Below, piece after piece: positions 25,527 through 37,933 of a DNA stretch of 64,000 nt. A program made the position numbers and the translations under genes. How positions within the stretch are numbered: the stretch's first letter is position 1; every line of letters begins with the position of its first letter. The notes under the pieces were generated by a model, which had not been told where the DNA came from, made no database searches, and saw nothing but the letters and a program-made list of their open reading frames with translations. The DNA is from Fistulifera solaris (lineage: Eukaryota), in assembly GCA_030295235.1 (NCBI GenBank), contig AP026125.1, positions 2,046,001-2,110,000 of the forward strand, read 5' to 3'.

Positions 25527-28500
25527 ATGAGTGAGGATCAGTCCGACCTTCCTCCCGAAATCATCAACGCTTATCGCGAGGCAAAGGCCAGAGGTCTCCC
25601 CGACGGCTGGACCTGTTCTATTGATGTACGTGAGATTCTGATGCCTGTGCTCTTTGTTAACGGCGAGCCCTAGTCTCCTTCTCCTTTTCTCGTATACTCA
25701 ATCAATTACTTTATTTTGCAGAAACGTCATCGCCGCAAATGGACGGCTCCGAACAACGGTCGATCGTGCGACTCGATTCCGAAAGCACTGCAAATTTCTG
25801 TCGACTTGGGTTTGCTTCCTCCGGACACTGTAATTGAATCAGGAAAGCGAAAGCGAACGTCGGGGGATACAGGTAGCCGAAAGAAAGCAAAGGATGGAAG
25901 ACGACGAGGCCGACCGCCCAAAGCATCTTCAGCAGCGGAGACACTTGATGCCGAAGAGCCAGAGGAGCAATACAGCGAAGAAGAAGAGGAGGGAGACGAC
26001 GAGCCTCTCAAGCCTCCTCCCCCTCCATTAGACCCGGAGCATTCTTTGGATGGTAAGAATCATCCTACCGCACCCACCACGGTGCATTGGGATCCCAAAA
26101 GCGCCGATGGGAAAAAGATTGGCTGGAAAATTCGAGTCGCTCTCAATAGTACGACATGGGCGGAAGGCCGCATCGTTCGCTACGATCCCTACACACACAA
26201 ACACAAAATTCGACTGCAACACAACGGACGAGAACACAATGTGTGGATTTGGATCCGCAACGATCAGCACAACGTGCACGTGGCGACGCGGATGGTGTGG
26301 GCCCACGTGAAGGGTTATGCCTGGTGGCCGGCCATGGTCATGGAAACGAACACCTATGACCCGGCGCAGCAACTGAGAATTGAGTTCTTCGGAACAGGAG
26401 AAGTCAGTACGCTTCGGGATTCGCCCGAGTCGATTCGTCCCTTCTCGCCGCACCAGTTGGATCCCATTGTCGCGAAACACAAGAAGAAACGCAATGCCAG
26501 GGCCTATGAGCTGGCCTGCGAGGAATACGAGAACATTCAAAAGACGCGAAATGAAGCAGCGCTCTTTTACGCGGAGAAGTCATTACATCTTTGCGATCAG
26601 AAAGCTCCGATGCAGATCGTCGGTAGGCGCGTCCAGGTGTTTCGAGATGATGTCAACTACCCCTATGGTGATACTGTGGTCGGGAAAGTTCGTAAGTACA
26701 GTGGCTTCCAGAAAAAGTTTCTCGTTTCTTTTGAAGTGTCGGAAAAGACCAACAGTAAATATGATGCAACTTGGATGACGCTCTCTACTCGCAATGCAAA
26801 GTTACAAGGAAAGCGTACTGCGCACGCTGAGATTACACCGGAGGCCTTGGTCCCGTTCCTCGTCGGTTACCAAGCCGATGAATCGGATGACTATTACAAA
26901 CTGCTAAATGATCACTGCCGTGGCTGCGTCGAGACATGGAAGAAATCGGATACGCTTCGGGTAGTATGCGATCAGTGCGACTCGTCCTATCACTTGGGAT
27001 GCTTTGATCCGCCCCTGCAACAGGAGCAATATCAAAAGCTAATTAAGGAGGGGGTACCTTTGCTGTGTCCGCAGTGCACAATGTGTCGTGGTTGTTACCA
27101 GAAAGACTCGACCTTTGGAAGTCACCAGCTGGCGCCAACGCCTAAGAACCTGAGCTTTCCCGCGACTGAGACGCTGAATGTATGCTTGCCGTGCCGTGAA
27201 GCGTACGAAGTGGAACGATATTGTCCCAATTGCGCACACACGTGGGATGATGTGCGCTTTAACGAGGTGCGACATCAGCACGATTGGTATGGGAGCAGGG
27301 AAGGTCGTAAGCGAAAGACGGAATTAGTGGAGGATACTGAATTTCCTCTCGTCATGGGGGCGTTTTCTGGTGACGACAAAATACCCCACGGTCTCAAAGT
27401 CCATCCATCTTTGTACTACCCGGAGACAACTGAGTTTGGCATGACTGAAGTTGAAATGTTAGTGTGTGATGCGTGCGGTTCTTGGGTCCATGCTGGTTGT
27501 GCAAATGTTAGCGAAGAAGAATACGAACAAATCTCGGACGGGAAACACCCGTTATTTGGCAAAGAGTTTCTTTGTCGCGTTTGCTGTCGAAAGCGCTGTC
27601 AGGATATTATTGAGGCTCTGAAAGAAGAAGATCGGATGATGCTATTTGCCCAACCAGTCTCTGAAAGAGATGCTCCAAACTATCACGATCTCATCAAACG
27701 ACCGATGGACCTGAAAACGTTGACAGAACGGGCGCAGAGCGACGAATATCTATCTTATGCGTGGACAAGAGAACTTTTTGAGCTTATGGTGATGAATGCA
27801 CTAACTTTCAATCGCTTCGTAAGTGGTTTGATTTGATTTCGCTTGTCAGCTGTACAATGTGCCTAACCCGACCGGCCCGCTTTTCATAGTATACTGCTGT
27901 TTGGAATGAAGCGAAGAGATTTTACCACTCCAGCTTAAAGAATGTTTTTCAAAGAATTGGTAAGGCTGCACCACCTGGTCAGTACGAAAAGGCAGTTCAA
28001 AAGTTACTCAAAGAGGGTGAAGAAGCACGACGTCAAGAAGCAGATCGCGTTCAGGTTGACGAAACAGTAGAGAAAAAGGATTTAGTTGCTGGGAGTATGG
28101 CAGTTGCGATTGATTTGCCTCCTATCCGTTCTTCAGTTCCAGACCAATCTTCTTGTGTACCTTTTCTGGAAGTCGAAGTCACAACTGTGGACGCATTCTA
28201 TAATTGCTGGATGGATGCTTGCTTTACTTGCGGAAGCTCTGGTGCTTCGGACACGATGCTATTTTGTGTAGATTGTGGCGAGGCTTTTCACGCTTTCTGT
28301 GCCAACGTTCCCATTCACAGTATGAGTGAGGCGGCGGTAGCTGGTTGGAGATGCCCTAATTGCAAAATTTGTGAGATTTCCGGCGATGTTCCAGCGGACG
28401 ACACTCAAATGATCTTCTGCGAGATGTGTGATCGGGGCTTCAATTTGGGGATGCTTGATCCGCCCTTGACTAAAAGCTCCACCCGGTTTGTGGGTGTGTG

Positions 28501-31401
28501 GGCAATGTTTGGATTGTCAGTTTTGTCGCAGCACATCCGAACCAGCATCGCTGAAATTCTGGTCTCGACACACAGACATTTGCTTTCGGTGTGGTGGTTG
28601 TGATGGCTTCTCAGACACAATGGAAAAGTGTAAAGTCTGCAGTGGGCTGCTGCGAGAAGCGGATACCGATTTTGTTGTATGCGATACATGTTCTGCGAAA
28701 GTTCACACAGCTTGTGACCAAGAAGCGTATGACTTTTCCCAGACATCGGCATCGCGGACCCAACGAGTTACTCGAATCAAGGTAAAATCGGATTTGTTCT
28801 TTGACTTCACACAGGATTCCACAAAACCTGACATCGTTGTCTCCGGTTGCAGTACTCTTGTCCTTCTTGTCCTCGTCTTATCGCTCCCGATGCATTAGAT
28901 GCTGACGCTGATCGAAGCTTATTGCTAAAAATCGCTCGTTCGAGCGCAGACTGTTCAGAGAAGCTATTGGATAGCATCATATGGAAAACGCACGACATGT
29001 GGAGAGATGAGTATATTGGCATTATTAACACAGGTATTCGTTTGGTCGAACAAACCCGCCGCGACTTGGGTGATCCGCGATTTGTGGCTCAACAAATTCT
29101 TGCAGATGGAGCCGACGTCTGTATGTCAACAATTCAAAGAGCGCTTCGCTTTTGTCATGTTGTGAAACGCCGCAGAGTAGTTGAGCGTGGGTGTAGATCA
29201 TCGAGCATCGAACACACTCTACTCTATGCTAAGATGGCAGCTTCATTTATAGAATTATCATGCCAGGTTCTTCGACGCAGTGTGAGCAAAGAGGTCGTGC
29301 ACTACGATCGACTTTTAGAGTTGTTAAAGCCGCCAAATCAACAAGGCGTCTTTTTGGCACCATTAGACCCTCTCCGCTATCAGCCAGTCTCGCTTTCTGA
29401 TGAAAACATCACTGATGTGAATCTCTCCCTGCATGTACGGGTGGCAGATGTTGCAGATCCTGAAAATACAAAGAATGCTCATTTGCAACCTGCAGCACCT
29501 CTCTGCGGTTGGACAGAGCAGTTGGGTCAAGGTCGAAATCAAAGTGAATGGAAAGACCCTCGTGAATGCTGCCTCTGTCATATTTGTGGAGATGTCGATG
29601 CCGGCTTCCAAGACGAGGAACCCGACGAGGCCCCTGAGGGTGAAATAATCTTTTCACCTATGGGTCGGTTATTGCCTTTGAAAGACGGTTATTGGGTTCA
29701 CACTTCTTGTGCGTTGTGGAGCTCTGAAGTTTTCGAAGCTCCATCCGATGGGAATTTACATGCTGTCGAGAAAGCCAGAAGCCGGGGAGCTCAGTTAAAG
29801 TGTTTTGGTTGCGGAAGACCAGGTGCCACAGTCGGATGCTGCAAGAGCAATTGTCCATATAATTACCACTTCACCTGCGCAAAAGTCTGTGGGGCTGTCT
29901 TCACTCGCGAATCAAAAAGTTTTTTGTGCAAACCACAAAATGCACGCAACCGAAATTGTCGCTAAGGAAAGCTTTGAACCAATGAAGAGTTTAATTGTCG
30001 CCGGAGAGAAAAGGAGCGCCGTAAACGACTTCGGAGACAGGAGAATGGGAGACATGCTTACGGTCGGAGCCCTGACAGTTCATTCTCTAGGAAAGATTGA
30101 CCCGGATTCGGATAATTTTCACTCGGAAAATTACATAACGCCGCCCTGGTTATATTGCGACGCGTATTTTTGGTCGATGAAAGATCCTCGAGCAAGGACA
30201 GTTTACGTTTTGAAGGTTTTCAAATTACCTGACGGTCGGGCTGAGTTCGCGATAATTCCAGGAGACGACCCAACGTCGACGATTCGCGCAAATTCAATTT
30301 CGTCAGCTGCACACGACGTTCATGGACCGATTAGCGTAAAGTTAATTTTGATTGTTTTTCACAAGGTGACCTACTGTCCCGCCTTCCGATGACTCGACGA
30401 TCTCGGAAGAAAACATTTGGCCTCAATGGCCCACAGGTATGTCGCTGAATGAGATACATTTACCTCAAACGAAATCCGCTGACCTTTTTCGGCTTTTTAG
30501 TTTTTTTGGTTTTGGGCTCGATTGCATACGTAGAAAGCTGGAGACCCTGCCTAACGTTGAAGCCGTTGTTACGCCGCTAACTCCCAACTTCACTTCTTAC
30601 CGCTTTTGTTTCCAGCCAGCCAGATATTGAAACAGTCATGGCATTGCACCGAAAACGAGCCGCTGCTCATGCTGAGCTTGCTCTAGAAAATGCTAGTGGC
30701 TGTGCTCGTACCGAGGGCATAAAAGCTGTTGCTCGTAGTGGTGGCAGCGGGAGAATTACTCGAGCTCTGGTCCGAAGTGCAGAAGAAGTGGAATCCAATA
30801 CTACATCCCAGTCGAAGCGGACAGAAGACCGCGCTAAAGCTGACCGAAATATGTACCAAGTCAAGTACAAGCGAATGAAAAGCGTCCCGATCGAAGAGCG
30901 TCTAGCCGCCCGTCGATCTCATATCCACGGATGGGGTCTTTTTACGAAGATCGATATTCGCAAGAATGATCCTATCACCGAGTATATGGGCGAAGTGATT
31001 CGACAAGCAATTAGCGACAAGCGCGAACGTGCTTATGAGATCTCCGGGGAGGGTAGCTGTTACATGTTTCGGCTGGACTTGCAGCGCATTGTGGATGCAA
31101 CCAAAATCGGTTCCATGGCACGGTTCATGAACCATTCCTGCCAGTCGAATGCGTACGCTAAGATCATCAATGTGGATACCGATCAGGGCATGGACCAGAA
31201 AATTGTTGTTTTTGCCTCTCGAGACATTGCTGCGGGCGAGGAAATCACGTATGGTACGTTTGTTTTGGGTTCATCTGTGTCGTCTCTGTACTTGTTTCTG
31301 AATAACTCAATTTGCCTTGAACAGACTACAAATTCCCTGTTGAAGACGGCAGTCTCAAATGTACTTGCGGAGCACCCAATTGTATCGGCCGATTGAACTA
31401 G
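25527..31401 (+). CDS. Trithorax/MLL-like histone H3K4 methyltransferase (MBD-like, AT-hook, Tudor-like, PWWP, PHDs, bromo, ePHD, FYRN/FYRC-like, SET, post-SET)
   Basis: SET motifs SHIHGWGLF, EYMGEVI, YMF, DATKIGSMARFMNHSC, GEEITY|DY. Post-SET CTCGAPNC. Bromo PNYHDLIKRPMDL..NALTFN. ePHD WVHTSCALWSSEV..CFGC..GATVGC..YHFTCA. FYRN VGALTVHSLG. Confidence 0.93.
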
Positions 31402-31448
31402 ACTTGTCTAATAAACGTGTTCTTATTAACTTTAATATCTCTGTAGTG

Positions 31449-32050
31449 TTACACACGAAAGTTTTTTATTATTCGGCTCGTTTCTCGTTTCGCCTCCCGC
31501 TCTTTAATCGCAGCTCTCTTGTCTCTCACATTCTTTCCTCGACATAGAGCCACCTGTATCTTGACTCGATTGTCGTCATTGAAGTACGCTTTAATAGGCA
31601 CCACCGTCATACCCTGCTGTTCCGTTTGTTGCATAAACTTGCGCGCTTGTTGTCGGTGTACTAATAAATCGCGTGGTCGTCGTTGCTCATGTTGAAAATA
31701 CGCTCCAGCCATGTTGTGTTTACCGATGTGCACATTGTACATGACAAGGGATCTTCCGTTCTTACTCACTCGACAGAACGAATCACGCAAATTCATTTTT
31801 CCATCCCGTATGGCTTTGACTTCCGTCCCTTTGAGTGAAACTCCTGCTTCAATCGTTTCTAATATTTCATAATTCCGATACGCGATTCGATTCACAGTAA
31901 TCATATTGTCTTTCGGTTTCTTCTTTTCGTGCCTGATTTGGCGAGTGCGAGTGCGAATGACGATCTCCGAGGCACGGAGGCTGCCAGAAAGGCTTTGCAG
32001 TATTTTATTGATGTTGCGAGTAACAGCAGGAGAGCAAGAGGCAATCGCAT
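31449..32050 (-). CDS. smpB: SsrA-binding protein SmpB with a bipartite plastid-targeting presequence
   Basis: NRIAYRNYEILETIEAGVSLKGTEVKAIR..RDLLVH..GMTVVP..GKNVRDKRAAIKERE. The upstream ATG at 32050 gives MRLPLALLLLLATSIKYCKA-FLAASVPRRSS, joined through a 1-nt homopolymer slip near 31925. Confidence 0.93.
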
Positions 32051-32833
32051 GATATCTTTTTTGTTATAGCTCTCCTATTCTAGATGCCTTCGATTTCTCT
32101 GTGAACGCCTTGCAATTTCAAATTAGGGAACGGAGACTTTAAAAAATAGATGCACATTAACACATCAAACGATAGATGATGATGGTTGCAAGGAAATAAT
32201 GCAATGTTCATGTTGGCGGGGAAGAAACAGATGTTGCTCGTTTGACAAACAAGACTACACTATGGGAAAGAGTAGCGGGCTTATGAAGTTTTAGACTTAA
32301 TTCTTCAATACCTGGTCGACATGGAAACTCACGACTGAAATTCAGTCATGAAAAAAGTAATCTACACATTGAACCACAGTAAAATTAAGTTGCGGACAAC
32401 AGATCAATTTTGGACGTCCACAATGAAGCTGGTCAAGGCAAGTGTGTTTCATTATGACCTCTAGTAGCGTTGATAGCTAAATGATAGTTTGCTAGGGAAA
32501 TCTACCATCGCGGGGATGTGACACACACGAGAAAGGACATCGAACTGTTTTGGCTCGTGACTGAAATTCAGTCTTGCGATTGGAGAACCAACACTTTGGC
32601 CCACAGTCAGTCTGTCCTTCTTCGGTGCTGCAGACACATTCTCGCATCCCTCGAATTTTTTCGAGGTAGAGTCAAAATGAGAAGAAATTCTTTTGAGCAA
32701 AGTGAGTTGGCGATGTTACCATTGTTGTTGCAGTTCTTCTTTCACCCTGGAAAACAGAGCATCCGATCATTAACTAGAAAGACTTACTAGCACATTTAAA
32801 CACGACAAATTACCGATACCAGTCCATTACACA

Positions 32834-35385
32834 ATGTTGCCCTTCAAAGCTCGCTCTGCTTATCCACTGGTATTCACTGCCTTCATCTTGATACTGGCCT
32901 CCCATCAAGCCAATGGCTTTTTGACGCCTGCAACGACGAGAACATGTCGTAAACAAGAAAATGTAGTGATGCCTTCTTCTAGTACAGCATTACTGGGAAT
33001 TCCGAAAATGTTTCGCTGGCTCACGGATCAATATCCGGATGTCTTGAATCGACAATTAGAGCAAGGTCTCAGTGATGATTTAATTGTTGATAACTTCTAT
33101 CTGGATATGAATGGAATCATTCACCCTTGTACACATGGAAATAATGAAGGAGAGATTGTCATTTTGGATGAAACGGCCATGTTCAAAAGATTTTTCTTTA
33201 CGTTGACCGGTACGTAAAGATATTTGAAAAAAAGCTGCGCATTCTTAAAGCCGTTAACTTACTTTTCCTTATTCTCTCGTCGCAGACTATACAAGTTGGT
33301 CCAGCCGAGTAAGCTTCTGTATTTAGCTGTAGATGGTGTCGCCCCTCGGGCCAAGATGAATCAACAACGTTCGTAAGTCAACTACTACTACGTTAAGCAT
33401 GTCGTGTACTCCACCCGTTCTCACAAAAAAGAATTAAAATTAACAGTCGTCGATTCCGAAGTGCGAAAGAAGCCGAAGCAGCCGCATCCGAGATTCTGGC
33501 GCGAGCGCAACAGACGGGAAAGATTCCAGAAGACTGGGAGAATCAAAAACGATTCGATAGTAATTGCATCACGCCGGGTACGGATTTTATGCTGAAGTTG
33601 TCACTAGCGATGCAAAAGTGGGTTGAATTCAAAATGCAAACGGATGAATTTTGGATCCATGGTGCAGATGTAATCATTAGTGGTCCTGATGTGCCCGGCG
33701 AAGGTGAGCATAAAGTGATGGACTTTTTGAGGGGAAGCGAAAGAGGGAAAGGTGTATTCGAAAGATCTGTATCAGCCAGATCATACGCATGTGTTGTATG
33801 GGGTAAGTCGAAAGAAAAGATGCCGGTTTCGTTTTGATCTACGGTGCATTTTCTGTTTCAGTGACACAAAGCTCTAATCAACATTCAATCTTTTTTTCTT
33901 TTTTTCTGAATAGCTCGATGCTGACTTGATCATGGTAAGCACTCAGAACGACGCACGTCGCGTGTAATTCGTACTCGGAAGTTTACTCACCATCTGTCAT
34001 CACCTGTCGTTGCCTTTGCCTTGTCTTAGTTGGGACTTGCATCGCACGAAAAGAATTTTCTCTTACTACGCGAAAAGATGAGTGTCGTCATGGCTGGAAG
34101 AGGTCGTAACAAGTATCGAAAGCGCAAAGATATGCTGGAATACAATGAAAATGATTTTGAAGTACTCGACTTGTCCGGTCTCCGACAAATGTTAGGTTTG
34201 CAATTTCGAAAGTATTTGGAGACGGAAAATTTGAAAGTGAGAACGTTCGAGCTCGACCGTATTATTGATGACTTCATCTTTATGTGTATGCTTGTGGGAA
34301 ATGATTTCCTGCCGCATTGTCCACATTTGGAGATTGATGGAGGCGCTTTATCGCTGATGATGAACAATTACATGGATCTTCTTCCTGATTGGGGCGGGTA
34401 CCTTACAAAGAAAGAGAAACTACACCCTGAGCGTTTTGAACAATTCATGTACCATCTCGCTCTTTATGAGGAAGAACACTTTAGTCGTCGTGGTTATGAG
34501 GAAAACGAGGCGGGATGGAAGTTGTCTTCTGAGAATGAAGACGATAAAGACGATTTTTACGGAAAATTTTACACAGGGAACCCAACTCCTGCTTGTGCAC
34601 AAGCCGCAAATAGACGCGGTGGCAGCGAGCCCGCACCGGAAGAAGTCCCTATGGCCCCCTCGGGCAATCGAGCATTTCGCCGTAGCCACCCGGACAGCAC
34701 AAGCCGCTCGTACCGTGACTTTTACTACGAGACTAAAATGGGGTGGAAGCCTCAAGACCGCAGTAGAACACTATTTCGTCGTCGCGCTCATGTCAGAGAT
34801 TACATGGAGGGTCTACACTGGGTTATGAACTATTATCACAATGGGTGCCAATCCTGGGATTATTTCTTTCCTCACTTGTACAGCCCTCTGGCGACAGACT
34901 TGGTTAACCTAGCTGAATTGTACTCGGAACCCGATGAAGAAGGATTTTGTGCGTGGGAGTTCGAAAAGGGCACTCCATTTCCCTCATTAGCCCAGCTTCT
35001 TTCCGTACTGCCACCGCAATCGGCCGATCTTCTTCCCAAACCTCTGGCGGAACTCATGTTGCACCCATCGTCGCCACTGCTTGAGTACTACCCGAGTGAT
35101 TTCAAAGCAGATGCGAACGGAAAGCGGCAATCGTGGGAAGCCGTTGTTCAGATTCCTTTCATCGATGGCGCTCGTTTGCTCGAAACAGTTCAACAAATAT
35201 TAGACGCAGATAAAAACGGACAGAACATCTTGACACCTGGCGAGCGTCGGCGCAATATGCCAGGCAAAGTGCATTACGTTCCTGCCCCCGGCGAGCGCGA
35301 TCCAAATAGAGGAAGGAAGTTGATAACAACCAAAAGCAGTCCCAAGCGTCCAAGCTCGTACCGAAAGCCCAAGCAGGTGCGGTAG
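32834..35385 (+). CDS. XRN-family 5'-3' exoribonuclease (catalytic core only) with an N-terminal signal plus transit peptide; multi-exon
   Basis: [77 protein letters not shown]. Confidence 0.93.
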
Positions 35386-35620
35386 ATCGTCGTGCACGAG
35401 AAAATTGTCTTGTTTACAAGCGGGTCGCCTTTCGCTTTGTTTGTCAAATGATACAAATGGTGGGGCGCTGCTCTTTTCACAGAACGTTCAATCCATAAGT
35501 GACTGATTTGGTGCATGAACGCTGATTCATTACATAAATAACTTACTGGGAATGGGAACTCCATACATTACTAATGGAGTTGATTTTAATGTGTTACAAC
35601 TCGAACTAGATTTTGCTATA

Positions 35621-37264
35621 CTACAGTTCGACGAGTTTTGTCACGACATCATTTTCTAAATTTGAAGAAGGAAAGCCGCTTGCATCGGAACGAATTGATG
35701 CCGATTCCGGATCCGTTACTCCAACATGATCAACAAGCTTTTGCTTTGCCCTCGCTCTGACAAACTTGTCGACTCCTGCCAAGGAAGGCGGTTTGCTCGA
35801 AGAAATTTTATGCGGAGGCTGTCCTTTCTTGGCGGGATCGTTTGAAATACTCTTGATTTTAGAAGCCAAATCTCGGCGATTCTTCTGAAAAAGTGGATGA
35901 TAAAAACAATCTGTCCCCGTGCCAGAAGTAAGACGAACAAATCCCCACCTGCAATGTACACCAGTGAGTTGAGTGAGCAGTATACAAGCGAGCAACTAAT
36001 TTTGTCCCCGTGACTACTAACCGATGCAATTTGCGGACAAACGACGAATACTTCGTCGTATTCTTTGCTTCTTTCCCAAGTACTTGATTCATAAACTTTT
36101 CCGGCGACACAATGACGAACGATTTTCCATCGGGAAGCCAACCCACCACATCTTCGTTTCTATTTTCCAACATGGCGCTCATAAGCTTCTCAGGAAAAGA
36201 TTTGGTTTTGGATGACTGCGAAGTATTGTTTGCTGGACGCCTGGTTGGTCTCTTAGGAGCTTTATCGGATTCATCGTCCCTGTATTGCAACGTATTCGTG
36301 TCATCTAATTTTCCTAAATCGGGCAAGGGACGCGAAAGAGGAGAATTGGCGTTTGACAGGAAAGGAGACTGCATTTGAGATTGGGGTTCCGGAAAGTGCA
36401 TGGTCTGTCTCTGAAACTGCTGAAGTTGTAGTTGATTCTGTTGAATTTGCTGTTGCAGTTGCTGCTGCTGCAACAGCAATTGTTGCTGCTGTTCAAATTG
36501 AAGCTGTTGCTGTTGTTGCTGCTGCAAGAAAAAGGATGGATTGTTGTTGCCGGAAAGAAAAGTATTCTCCAATTGCGCCCCGTTCAGAAGGTTAGCCTCG
36601 CCTGCCATTGACATTGTGGGAAAATTAATATTGTTTCCGGAATTCAATGCAGAAAACATGCCGCCCATATTCATACCACCTCCTCCTAACGAAGACGAGT
36701 TCGCAAAATGTTGCAAGGAGTTGCCACCCATCATTCCTTGAATTGCCTGCGGTAGCAGTTGATGCTGATTTTGTAGTGTCGCAAAAGATTCGAGTTGTCA
36801 TCCATGATGGACTGATGAACGAACGGTTGCTGTTGAGGGAAGGACCCTAACATGTTCGTGTTCATTTGAGAACCAGAGTAAGTAGACGGGTGCCCTCCTA
36901 GAGCAAACGCAGAATTGCTTCCGGGACCGAAAGATGATACTCCGGCGGCATTCGGGTCTTGCAATAAAGATTCTAAATAAAGAGAAGAAGAAGGAGTGTG
37001 TGAGACTTGTTTGTTGCAACGTTCACGCGTCATTGCAGCTTCAATCCATATACACTGAAAGCACTACGCTAACAAATATGTGTTTTCATACAAACGCTTC
37101 GTTTTACAACACAAGAACATGTAGCAAAAAATGACGTGCAATGACAAGAAAGTCAACAGCGACTTACGATCGTAACGTATCCCATTGCTGTGCTGAAGCA
37201 GAAGATCATTATTGTTTGCGCTATTCAGGCCTTCATCTTGCAAAGAGAAGTTAGGGAATACCAT
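35621..37264 (-). CDS. HSF-domain transcription factor with a polyQ region, DNA-binding domain near the C-terminus
   Basis: SFPEKLM..VGWLPDGKSFVI..KYSSFVRKLHR|WGFVRL..FYHPLFQK. The start and upstream exons are inferred from GT-AG sites. Confidence 0.85.
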
Positions 37265-37933
37265 GGTGTTTGGTGTCAATTTGTGATGACGGAGATGTTG
37301 ATACGAAACACAGCAACAGCGAATAAAGTTTCACAATATTGTTGGATCGATAACACAGCAACACAAAAAGCGCAACGGGCAACGTTTGTCGCTGAAATTT
37401 TGTCTTGATTCCGCCATCCGCCATGTCTTTCATGTTGTCAGCCGTTAGCCGGACAACCGCGTCAGTCTATTGTACGTGTTTCCTCACGTAGAATTTCTAC
37501 GATAAACCGACTTACTCGCTCAGCCAGTAACGACCGAACCTCTGTCGCATACAATACAACAAAAAGTACAAACGATCCATTTCAGCGTGTTCTTTGGGGC
37601 GTGGCGCAGTTGGCGTGACTACTATCTGATAGTAGAGTCAAAGTTCCAGTAAATGAAGAAAATATCAATCTACTGAAAAGACCGCTAACCCTAAACGAGT
37701 CCGCCGCTATCCATTGCTGCTTGTTTTTGTACCGTTCCGACGCAACGACTGATATTCATTTTTCTCCTTTCCGTGGCTGCAAGTTGAAGGTAAAAAAGAT
37801 CGGGGAGGATTTACTATAAGAAAAGAAGTACGAACCGAAGATCTTTTTCTCCCATGCCAGCCTCGACACTCGACACTTCATTCACATTCAACGTTTAAAA
37901 GCATAAACCAACACAACCGTATTTAATTCCACC

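Noticed and set aside
31449..32050. SmpB as bacterial contamination or recent HGT
   Set aside because: It has a diatom bipartite presequence and sits among intron-containing genes. A nuclear-encoded plastid SmpB is expected.
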